Positions 17,691-25,563 of a stretch of 56,115 nucleotides of DNA are shown here, piece by piece. Position 1 is the first letter of the stretch, and every line of letters begins with the position of its first letter. Both the position numbers and the translations under genes were made by a program. This DNA comes from a virus (Duplodnaviria > Caudoviricetes). The notes under the pieces are model-generated. The model ran no database searches. It had not been told where the DNA came from and was given only the letters and a program-made list of their open reading frames with translations. The stretch lies in the IMG/VR virus record IMGVR_UViG_3300027881_000017, positions 1 through 56,115 of that record. The stretch is one strand, 5' to 3'.

Positions 17691-18503
17691 TTATTCTGAT
17701 CCCATTAATTGTTGGCTGGTTTGAATCGAAGCGTCAATTGCTCTCCTGCGGTTTCGATTCTCCATTACGTGGGTTGTAAACCAAGTTACCATATTGTAGA
17801 AATCCCACATGGTTTTAAGTTCATCGTTTTTTAGTTTCTGCTGGTAGATATATCCAATTTTTTTGCTATACATTTTGCCGAGTTCCAATGAACGTAAAAC
17901 CACAGCCGCTTGAACTTTGTCAAAATCAAGCTTGGTTAGTTCTTCCCAGGAATTTGCAAGATCATTGTAGAATATTTCCTTGGCCATTTCAAAATTAACA
18001 ATAAATATATCCAGTAGATCTTCTTCACTTCCAACGTGGCTGTCACGCCATTCATACAATTTTTCTTTGGTCATTAAACCGTTCAAGCAGATCTTGCGCA
18101 ATCCGCCAATGCTCATTCCTTTGCTAATACCGTCACCATATCCGTTCCAAAGATCGCACATCAGTTCTATGTCATCTGTCATGCTACCATATCCAGTTTC
18201 GTATTCGCCGACGTTGGTTTTAATGTCTGGGAAACGATAATTTGCCCAGAACCGGCTTCCAGTTAAGTTGCATCCTGCTCCAGTTCGTGAAAATTTCACG
18301 TCGGTATCGTTCAGATATTTTTCAAACGTATTTACGAGAACATCATTCTGGACGATTTTGTACCGGTTAGATACGACCGATACCAGATTGCCCGTATTTG
18401 CGTTGAAAATAGCCTGTCTGGGGATCAAAACACCTGATTCGACTGCTTGTACTTTCTCAACCTTTAACGGGAAAAACGGATCAATCAGTTTTTCTTTGCT
18501 CAT
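17691..18503 (-). CDS. DUF932-family protein
   Basis: VVSNRYKIVQN, NGYGDG, RKICLNGL, HVG, WDFYNMVT motifs. Confidence 0.8.
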   Translation of the reverse strand: MSKEKLIDPFFPLKVEKVQAVESGVLIPRQAIFNANTGNLVSVVSNRYKIVQNDVLVNTFEKYLNDTDVKFSRTGAGCNLTGSRFWANYRFPDIKTNVGEYETGYGSMTDDIELMCDLWNGYGDGISKGMSIGGLRKICLNGLMTKEKLYEWRDSHVGSEEDLLDIFIVNFEMAKEIFYNDLANSWEELTKLDFDKVQAAVVLRSLELGKMYSKKIGYIYQQKLKNDELKTMWDFYNMVTWFTTHVMENRNRRRAIDASIQTSQQLMGSE

Positions 18504-18530
18504 GATTTACTCCTTTTGTTTGTGGTTTGC

Positions 18531-18571
18531 AGCACGGGCTGGAGTTGAACCAGCCCTGCGACCATCGTGCT
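18531..18571 (-). ncRNA. tRNA-minihelix-like element (acceptor-like stem plus T-arm)
   Basis: AGCACG/CGUGCU stem stacked on GGCUGG/CCAGCC with canonical T-loop UUCAACU. Confidence 0.5.
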
Positions 18572-18692
18572 TGTTACCTCGAGTTGATACTGTAAAGAAC
18601 TTCGCCATTTTCTTTTTCTTTTTGTACATCGTATTTAGTCCGCATATTATGAAGATGGCGAGTAATGGTTCTGGACAATGCTTCTTTATCCT

Positions 18693-18765
18693 GGCATGAG
18701 ATGTATATGATTCATGCTTCGCCCGCAAGTGGCTAAATGCCCTATTTTAAGCCGCCACTTCGGCT
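18693..18765 (-). ncRNA. Pistol-like ribozyme
   Basis: P1 AGCCG/CGGCU, loop AAGUGG pairing with CCACUU, linker UAAAAUAG, P2 GGCA/UGCC, UUUAG loop, GCG; P3 and cleavage dinucleotide are atypical. Confidence 0.55.
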
Positions 18766-19303
18766 ATGTGTAATCACCGTTTAACAATGTTTCGCTGATT
18801 TCATCTGCGTTGAATTTTTGTCCTTTGTAATATACAGTATAAGTTCCATCTAATCTTACAAGAATGCCCATCGTCCTCTTCTCTTCTGTTTTAAATTTCC
18901 ACGCTACTTGCTTTCCTTTGCTTAATGCAGGATTTGGGTCTACGCCAAAAATTTCTTTAATTTTTTCTCCAGCAGATCTTAACAACTCGTCTTTTTTTAA
19001 CAATAAATCTTTACGAGTTGACGATTTTTTCTTGTTCGGTTTTGTTACTGCTTCTTTTTGGTGTTTTTGCAACTCTGAAACAAGATCGTCTTTTTTGACG
19101 TTGGCTAAATTGCCGGAAGTATAACCGCCCATAAAAGGCGTTAAAGCACGATTTAATTCCTGTTTAGTCATTGTTTCTAATTGCTGCGTGTTCATCTTGT
19201 TCTCCTTTTGTTTGGTTTTTGTTAAAATTGGAACTCTTGTAGCAATAGAATCATTGCCATAATAATCCTTCATTGCTCTTTCAACCGCTTGGCTAAAAGT
19301 CAT
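18764..19303 (-). CDS. Hypothetical early protein (strong internal start at 19195)
   Basis: RBS-like sequences before both ATG 19303 and ATG 19195. Confidence 0.65.
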   Translation of the reverse strand: MTFSQAVERAMKDYYGNDSIATRVPILTKTKQKENKMNTQQLETMTKQELNRALTPFMGGYTSGNLANVKKDDLVSELQKHQKEAVTKPNKKKSSTRKDLLLKKDELLRSAGEKIKEIFGVDPNPALSKGKQVAWKFKTEEKRTMGILVRLDGTYTVYYKGQKFNADEISETLLNGDYT

Positions 19304-19366
19304 TGTTTTTCCTTTCTGTTTTAAATGAATAGCGGCTGGCGGGATGCGAAATCCCGCTTACGCTTT

Positions 19367-19729
19367 TCAGCCGTTCACAAATAAATTGCTATCAACTTTG
19401 CCACTGACGTCTACCCGTTTGAATTTTGACCGCTCTTTGATATATTTTTTAAACTCTTCTACATCCATATCGGTTTTGTTAGCATAAGTAATACAGGCTT
19501 CGATATCTTCTTTGGTTAATTTGATTGACATCAAGTACATTATTAACCAAGGATCTGCAAGCGAGTCAGCGCGAAGATGATCCTCACCAACCTTTAACGT
19601 GCCTTTAACCGTTACGGTAAATTCTACCGGATATTGCCCAGGTTTTACTTTTGCCCTGGCTGCTTTGTAGTCACCGTTAACTGCATTCTTTAATGCAATG
19701 ATTTCTACTGGTTTTAATTTCTTAACCAT
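19367..19729 (-). CDS. Hypothetical early protein
   Basis: aggag RBS within the repeated leader motif. Confidence 0.7.
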   Translation of the reverse strand: MVKKLKPVEIIALKNAVNGDYKAARAKVKPGQYPVEFTVTVKGTLKVGEDHLRADSLADPWLIMYLMSIKLTKEDIEACITYANKTDMDVEEFKKYIKERSKFKRVDVSGKVDSNLFVNG

Positions 19730-19747
19730 TACTTTCTCCTTTTTGGT

Positions 19748-20014
19748 TTAATACCATTTAATTTTTCCATCTAAATAATAGCCAACTAAATCCCAATCCT
19801 CATCGTAGAACGATGATTCAATTTTGCCATGAGTACCAATGTCCCACATTCTGTTTTTAAATTTTGTAAAAGCGCAATCTCTGAAAAATATTTGAAGATT
19901 ATATCTTTGACGCAGTTTAAAAACGATGATATTGGGATCATTAAAGAGCTTTCTTATAAGTTTTAATCGGCTCGGGGTAATATGGAGAGGTCTATCTCTT
20001 TTTTTAATTTTCAT
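19748..20014 (-). CDS. Hypothetical early protein
   Basis: Likely start ATG 20014; fills the operon. Confidence 0.55.
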   Translation of the reverse strand: MKIKKRDRPLHITPSRLKLIRKLFNDPNIIVFKLRQRYNLQIFFRDCAFTKFKNRMWDIGTHGKIESSFYDEDWDLVGYYLDGKIKWY

Positions 20015-20024
20015 GTTAATCTCT

Positions 20025-20279
20025 TTATTTACCTGGCTCTGGTTCCCAGAAAAAACTATCAATGATTTTTTCTTCGTGTTCTGTAACCATCAATCGAATT
20101 ATTGCCTTTATTGTTTCATGGGGAAACAATGCCTCAATTTCTAAATCAACCATCGGCTCATTAACAATATCTCTTATTTTGTCTAACTGATCATAATAAG
20201 ACATGGCATAAAATTCATCCCACTTGGCATTAATCTCATCGTCCAAATGTTCTTTTTCACCCTGTAATATATTACTCAT
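20025..20279 (-). CDS. Hypothetical acidic early protein
   Basis: aaggag RBS; directly downstream of the hammerhead. Confidence 0.7.
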   Translation of the reverse strand: MSNILQGEKEHLDDEINAKWDEFYAMSYYDQLDKIRDIVNEPMVDLEIEALFPHETIKAIIRLMVTEHEEKIIDSFFWEPEPGK

Positions 20280-20301
20280 TACTTTCTCCTTTGTGGTTTT
20301 T

Positions 20302-20355
20302 GTCTAAGACCCGCCCGAAGGCAGGTTTCGGATATTAAATCCTCATCGGTTAGAC
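20302..20355 (-). ncRNA. Type I hammerhead ribozyme (CCGAUGA core variant)
   Basis: GUCUAA-CCGAUGA-GGAU(UUAAU)AUCC-GAAA-CCUGCC(UUCG)GGCGGG-UC-UUAGAC: all three stems, core and GUC triplet present in an intergenic gap. Confidence 0.9.
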
Positions 20356-20356
20356 T

Positions 20357-20779
20357 TTATTCTTCTTCCATAAATTCAACTAAATCTTCAACATCAATTA
20401 TAAACTGTATAGTTGCTTTTGCTTCCGCAACTTCACGAGCAACCCTTACTGGTGAACTTGAACTATGATAATGACCAAATATTCCGTGAGCATTATTAAA
20501 GTGACGTTTTTTCCAAATCTTAGCGTTGACAACTAACCATATTTTAAATTCAGAAAGACGAGATGTTTTCTGAAACTCATCATAAATCATCAACCAATTT
20601 CTTAATGCTGTTTCTGCTTCCATTGTTGCATCGCCATATGCTTCAAGTTGCATTGCAATAGTAAGAAATTCACAGTCTTTAACTTTGTCTTGAAATTCCT
20701 GAATAGTCTTTTCTGCTTTTGAAATGTGGCGATTAATTAATTTTGCTGCGTTGTTTTTGCTTTCTCTTGATTGTACCAT
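20357..20779 (-). CDS. Hypothetical protein, first gene of the early operon
   Basis: aaggag RBS within the repeated leader motif. Confidence 0.7.
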   Translation of the reverse strand: MVQSRESKNNAAKLINRHISKAEKTIQEFQDKVKDCEFLTIAMQLEAYGDATMEAETALRNWLMIYDEFQKTSRLSEFKIWLVVNAKIWKKRHFNNAHGIFGHYHSSSSPVRVAREVAEAKATIQFIIDVEDLVEFMEEE

Positions 20780-20811
20780 TTTGTTTCTCCTTTGTGGTTT
20801 GTGTAAAATAG

Positions 20812-21148
20812 CCGCCAGTCAGGTCTTAAAACCTGCAACCTAAAATACTTGTCATCGATAAAATCGATCGGCTTGATTTTGGTATCGCTGGCGAAAAAGG
20901 AGTCGGGTTGTTTTAAGGATTCCTCCAGGAAATCGGCCTATCATCCGATTATGTCGTCCTGATGTCTATCTTTGATTTCACCTGCCTTATCACGCATAGT
21001 ACCAATGTTTCATCAAAAGAGATTACTACTGGTTTTTGGAAGTGTTTCAGGCTTATGTCTGCTCTATTCATTTTTTCCCGAGCCAGGGATGTGGAGGAGT
21101 TTGGGGTCAGGTGCTCCCGTTGAACCTGTTTGGTGTTGTTCACCACCC
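20812..21148 (-). ncRNA. Structured leader RNA of about 340 nt
   Basis: Many complementary segments between a sigma70-like promoter and the first RBS. Confidence 0.5.
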
Positions 21149-21154
21149 AATAAG

Positions 21155-21183
21155 AATATACACAATAAATAGACAGAAGTAAA
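21155..21183 (-). promoter_or_regulatory. Sigma70-like early promoter
   Basis: TTTACT-17 bp-TATATT, TGTG just before the -10 box, A/T tract upstream. Confidence 0.7.
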
Positions 21184-21253
21184 CAAAAAAAATTATTTTT
21201 TTTTATCTACTTTCATTTACCTTGCTTAAGTAGAAGAAAAATAATAGTTTAGA

Positions 21254-21589
21254 TCAAAAAATATTTATTAACTTTTTTTGCTTTTTCTCAGACCATTTGG
21301 CTTTAAAGCCATCTCCCACAACATATCCGGTAATAAAGCCAAATTCTCTTAAGTCTTGAATATTGAATTTTTGGAGATCAGATGGTTCGTCCTTCCAGTT
21401 TCTTTTAATTTCAAGCCAGTACCTTGCGTTGCCGCCTTCATTAAAAGAAATTAAAACCATCAAGTCTGGCAAACCGGTTTCTTGGTATCGGCCACCGTGG
21501 ATTTTTATAAATCTGATTTTTGTGGATTTTAGAGGGAATCGTTCATGAACTATTTTTTTTATTAAACTAATATTCTTGTTTTGTAGCAT
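21254..21589 (-). CDS. VRR-NUC family nuclease
   Basis: KIHGGRYQETGLPDL...WLEIK...PSDLQ. Confidence 0.85.
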   Translation of the reverse strand: MLQNKNISLIKKIVHERFPLKSTKIRFIKIHGGRYQETGLPDLMVLISFNEGGNARYWLEIKRNWKDEPSDLQKFNIQDLREFGFITGYVVGDGFKAKWSEKKQKKLINIF

Positions 21590-22445
21590 TTTTTCTTATC
21601 CAATGTTTTTGGATTACCTCAAGTGCGTTATCTAAATATTCCGATTCGGTTAAAAAATTGATACGACTAAGCTGCTTTCCTGATCTTATTTGATTTTCAT
21701 AAAACCAAAATTCTTGTAGTTCCATCCCTGTTTTCTTGTAACTAAGATCCCATTTAAATTGAACATGATCATTAAATAATAGCCCCGCGTTTATTATCTT
21801 TTCTTTTTGCTCAATCATATCTGTATACAGATGCAAGCTGGTAACAACATGAGTATATATTCCGATCGGTATTTCAAGCCAACGAGCCATGACTTCTTGT
21901 ATAAATGTAAACTGGCTGATGTCATATGGAAATCCCCACATCGCATCGTTCGATCTCATGTATCCTACCATATCGAGTCCGTTTTCAGATACCTTAAAAT
22001 TTAAAGCGAGCGTGCAGGGGGTATTTTCTCGGTCGCCTCGATTGTCTTCAAGATAGTTATAAATATTTACCACCGCTTGCCTGGTTTGTGGATCCCGCTT
22101 TAAAAGGCTATATATATATGGAAGCTGCTGAGATATCCTGTAACCGTAGGATCCCGGGTCTATGAAGTTTGATTCTACAAATCTACTATAGTTTTTGTTA
22201 TATGACGTTATGATATTTGGGTAAAAGCCGACGCCGCTGATATATGATAATTTTTCAATAATATTAAACGCGTAATTAAGCCTTCGTTCTTTTAACGTTA
22301 TCAGTGAATCGGCGGGGTTAATCTCCACGACATATGGCGTGTCGGCTGCTTCGTAATAAATTAATCCTCTACTTGTTTTTTCTACGCTTGCTATTCCGAC
22401 GCAATCAGACAGCACCTTTAAATAAATTTGATTGATACTTTTCAT
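21567..22445 (-). CDS. Thymidylate-synthase-fold enzyme, probable dCMP hydroxymethylase
   Basis: TRQAV, catalytic TPCT, YMRSNDAMWGFPYD (Asp where ThyA has Asn), SLHLY. Confidence 0.8.
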   Translation of the reverse strand: MKSINQIYLKVLSDCVGIASVEKTSRGLIYYEAADTPYVVEINPADSLITLKERRLNYAFNIIEKLSYISGVGFYPNIITSYNKNYSRFVESNFIDPGSYGYRISQQLPYIYSLLKRDPQTRQAVVNIYNYLEDNRGDRENTPCTLALNFKVSENGLDMVGYMRSNDAMWGFPYDISQFTFIQEVMARWLEIPIGIYTHVVTSLHLYTDMIEQKEKIINAGLLFNDHVQFKWDLSYKKTGMELQEFWFYENQIRSGKQLSRINFLTESEYLDNALEVIQKHWIRKNATKQEY

Positions 22446-23358
22446 TTACTTTTTCCTTTATTAATTTTGCATATTCGAGAATTTTATCATGTTTAAATCT
22501 AAGATAGTATTGCGGATGCGGAATGAGTTCATGTCTTATATTACACCTTTTTAATAAGTCAGCTGCTTTTTTCCCAAGAGCAATTACAATGCCTGGTTTT
22601 ATAGCAGCATTTTCGTTGTGCACCATCTCTTTATTAACAAAATCGTTTGATGTTTTTATTGCGTTTGTAATATAAAAATCTTGTTGATTTAATTTGGTCA
22701 ATTCTAATACCTGGTGCAAATATGCGCTTGAGTTAGAGTGATATGCAAATGCTTGTTTTCTGCTCGTTCCAATATATGATCCATCTCCATATTGATTGCC
22801 CACAAGCATGATTTTACCTCCATAAATGTTTCCAGAACATTCATACGAGGACATAGCAGCACTCCTACGACATAAAGAATCATAAAATGATAAAACATAT
22901 TCGATGAACCTATTATTGTGGTAAAGTGGCATAGAGATCATCGGTAGAATTGTCTTTTGTATAGTAGTTTCAAATAATTTTATTTCTTGTTGTATTTGAT
23001 CTTTTTTTATAAAGTTTTCATTTAGTTCGTCATGTTTTTTTCTTAAAAAATCAATGTTCGCCGAACAACATAATAACAATGCTCCTTTTGCTAATAAAAT
23101 TCTTTCAATCAAATGTTGTTCCCATGTTTCAAACGGTTTCCGTCCAGGTTTCAAGTGTGGGTATACGCAGTTCCCAAGATGAAATCGATCAAGTACTGTT
23201 CGCAAGCTTCGTGTTAATGCTTTTTCTGCATAATATTTTAATGGTTCGATGTTTTGAGGAGGCGGCCCTTCATGGACATGGTGGTAGTTTAAAATCCTTG
23301 CTAATTTTTTTGCAAGAGTTGTTTTTCCTGAATTGTTTGGTCCTTCAATTATTATCAT
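22405..23358 (-). CDS. dNMP kinase fused to a uracil-DNA-glycosylase-like domain
   Basis: IIIEGPNNSGKTT and LDRFH (thymidylate-kinase-like); C-terminal IMLVG, YITNAIK, IVIALGKKA, HPQY (family-4 UDG fold motifs). Confidence 0.75.
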   Translation of the reverse strand: MIIIEGPNNSGKTTLAKKLARILNYHHVHEGPPPQNIEPLKYYAEKALTRSLRTVLDRFHLGNCVYPHLKPGRKPFETWEQHLIERILLAKGALLLCCSANIDFLRKKHDELNENFIKKDQIQQEIKLFETTIQKTILPMISMPLYHNNRFIEYVLSFYDSLCRRSAAMSSYECSGNIYGGKIMLVGNQYGDGSYIGTSRKQAFAYHSNSSAYLHQVLELTKLNQQDFYITNAIKTSNDFVNKEMVHNENAAIKPGIVIALGKKAADLLKRCNIRHELIPHPQYYLRFKHDKILEYAKLIKEKVNEKYQSNLFKGAV

Positions 23359-24470
23359 AAGGCCTCCTTTAATAAAAGTTCAATCTCGCTTAATTCTTTG
23401 TTGAGATCCAATGAACTTGATAGTTTTTCTTTAAGTTGTGGCATTATTTTATTTCTTGTTGTTAAGTTTTGCTTGATTTCGTTTGAGTCATTGACTAAAA
23501 GATATTTTTCTATATCATGTGATCCACCATAGCCTTCAAGAGAAAAATCGGAACTTTGAAAAAACATATTTTTATCAATAAAACAAGGAATGCCTGAAAA
23601 TATTGCATGATAGTGCCGTAAGCAATATGAGGATAGTTTCATATATCTTTCTTCATATATTTGTACTGTGAATGCGTATTTGTTTATAATATTTTGTTGA
23701 TTGTTAAACAATATGTAGTTTTTATATATAAAACTGTAATTTGGCCAAAACCTATTTCCGTAATGATCTATTCTTTTTTCAATTTTTTTCAACAATCTAT
23801 CAACAGAGTGATTTCTTCCTTCTCTAATGTTTCCTACATATACTCCTTTGTTTTCATAGTCTTTAATTATTTTCATATCTTTTAAATAGTAGCATTCAAA
23901 TCTGCATAAATCAACAAATCTAAATGTATATAATTTTTCTTTAGTTTGATAAAATGTCATCGTGTCGTTTTGCTTTTCACGATATTTTTTCACATGCGCT
24001 GCATTACACCAAATTATTATTTTTTTTATATTTTTAAATATTTCTTCTGGTTTGGTTTCTAATTTTTCTTTATAATGTTGTTTAGATTCCCAACCAAACA
24101 ATTTCTCTGCATTGTAAATTAGATATAAATCGGGATCATTTTGTGAATATATTATCGAACCGCTCCATCTTGAAATAACGTTGTATGCATCGATTATATA
24201 ATCACAAGATAATAAATTTGCCCATCTGCCGTTAATGATAAATAAAATATCGTATTTTTCGGGATCAAATTTCGACCAATGTTGATAACTTACATTTCTA
24301 ACAGTTGAAAACAAGTCATCGTTTTTCAAGTCTATCGGCGTAAAAAAAGTTATTTTGTGGTCTCTTTTTCCAAGTAATTTTAATAACGTTGTCTCTATTG
24401 TATACATTTTCTTACTATCAGAAAATATGAACAGTTTTCTTGGGCACACTACAGCTATTTTATATGGCAT
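23355..24470 (-). CDS. DNA glycosyltransferase, T4 beta-glucosyltransferase-like (GT-B)
   Basis: Collinear motif matches to T4 BGT as recalled: YDILFIIN, IIYSQNDPDL, VYVGNIREGR, IDHYGN, LRHYHAIFS...FID. Confidence 0.7.
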   Translation of the reverse strand: MPYKIAVVCPRKLFIFSDSKKMYTIETTLLKLLGKRDHKITFFTPIDLKNDDLFSTVRNVSYQHWSKFDPEKYDILFIINGRWANLLSCDYIIDAYNVISRWSGSIIYSQNDPDLYLIYNAEKLFGWESKQHYKEKLETKPEEIFKNIKKIIIWCNAAHVKKYREKQNDTMTFYQTKEKLYTFRFVDLCRFECYYLKDMKIIKDYENKGVYVGNIREGRNHSVDRLLKKIEKRIDHYGNRFWPNYSFIYKNYILFNNQQNIINKYAFTVQIYEERYMKLSSYCLRHYHAIFSGIPCFIDKNMFFQSSDFSLEGYGGSHDIEKYLLVNDSNEIKQNLTTRNKIMPQLKEKLSSSLDLNKELSEIELLLKEAL

Positions 24471-25563
24471 TTTTCCTCCAGTTTTTTGTATAGTCTGTTA
24501 CGTTTGGAATGTCATCAAAAAGAATGATTTCTTTATTTTGATTAATTAAAAAATCGTAACATTGCTCTGCTACGTAAGTTCCTACGTTTGCTGGGATTGC
24601 CTTTCCTACCTCAGCCATTTGTTTGTCAATGTTTATAGTTGGTGAAAATTTAAAGTTATCTGGCAATGACATCGCTCTTGCACGTTCACGTATACTAAGT
24701 TGACGATTTAATATAGGATGAATATATTTGTCAGCGGTTAGTATAACTGGGCAAGGTTTGTTATATCGCAATTTCGTGTCCGCATAAAATCCAAATATTT
24801 TTTTTCTTTTTTTCTCTATCCGCTTGTTTAAAAAGTAATCACTTAAATGCTGGTCTTCTAAGTCGTTTATACTTTCTCCTTGTTTTAAATGTTTCCACAT
24901 ATTTAACATAGATGTTTTTCTTATTTCTATCTCATGATTATATATAAATTTCTTTCCAACTTTTTGTTTAAATCCCTTGTTTACCGGAATTTTTTCAAGA
25001 TCAGAAATGATGTCTTGAAGCACCAATGCTTTTTGTTGTTTTGGAATATCAAATTTTATATAATCTTTTTTACTTGCTGCAAAAAAAACCCGTGGGCGAT
25101 TCTGTGCAACTCCATGATTAAGGGCATTAGTAAGAAATATATTTATTTTATAATCTGATAAAATATTTTTTGATATATCTAAAATTAATTCTTGGCCTTT
25201 TTTATATAAGCCTTGGACTGACTCAAGTACTATAATTTTCGCGTTTAGTTTTTTTCCTGTTTCACAAAGTTCGTATATATATTTATTCCATTTTGAATCT
25301 AATCCTCTGTCATACGTGTTGAGTATGCTAAATCCAAAGCAAGGCGGATTGCCATAACAAATATCGCATCCTTTATAATTGTTTACTGGCCATTTGTCAA
25401 CATAGACAGGTACGTTAGGAAAATTTAACTTAAACGTATCTACGCCAAAGTTTTTAAAGTCGGGATTTTCAAAGTGTGCAATAATATCAAAATATTTATT
25501 TATGCCTACAGAAAAATGACCAGAAAAAACTGAAATACCGACCGCTGTTGGTTTAGTATCCAT
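24460..25563 (-). CDS. Atypical DNA cytosine-C5 methyltransferase
   Basis: GNPPCFGFS (motif IV), ESV (VI, normally ENV), QNRPRVF (VIII), RQLSIRERAR (IX), GKAIP (X); motif I is degenerate (VFSGHFSVG). Confidence 0.8.
   Translation of the reverse strand: MDTKPTAVGISVFSGHFSVGINKYFDIIAHFENPDFKNFGVDTFKLNFPNVPVYVDKWPVNNYKGCDICYGNPPCFGFSILNTYDRGLDSKWNKYIYELCETGKKLNAKIIVLESVQGLYKKGQELILDISKNILSDYKINIFLTNALNHGVAQNRPRVFFAASKKDYIKFDIPKQQKALVLQDIISDLEKIPVNKGFKQKVGKKFIYNHEIEIRKTSMLNMWKHLKQGESINDLEDQHLSDYFLNKRIEKKRKKIFGFYADTKLRYNKPCPVILTADKYIHPILNRQLSIRERARAMSLPDNFKFSPTINIDKQMAEVGKAIPANVGTYVAEQCYDFLINQNKEIILFDDIPNVTDYTKNWRKNAI

Noticed and set aside
18531-18571. Complete tRNA gene
   Set aside because: No D-arm or anticodon arm; kept only as a minihelix-like element
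18507-18728. 73-aa ORF on the minus strand
   Set aside because: TTG start without an RBS, and it overlaps two structured RNA elements; a shorter peptide cannot be excluded
18510-20800. CRISPR array formed by the repeated AAACCACAAAGGAG motif
   Set aside because: Copies are hundreds of bases apart, separated by genes, and coincide with ribosome-binding sites
20949-21146. 65-aa ORF in the leader
   Set aside because: It starts within a few bases of the predicted transcription start, lacks an RBS and lies in heavily paired sequence; leaderless translation is not excluded
21567-22445. Ordinary thymidylate synthase (thyA)
   Set aside because: It has Asp rather than Asn at the specificity position and sits beside kinase, GT and dNTPase genes
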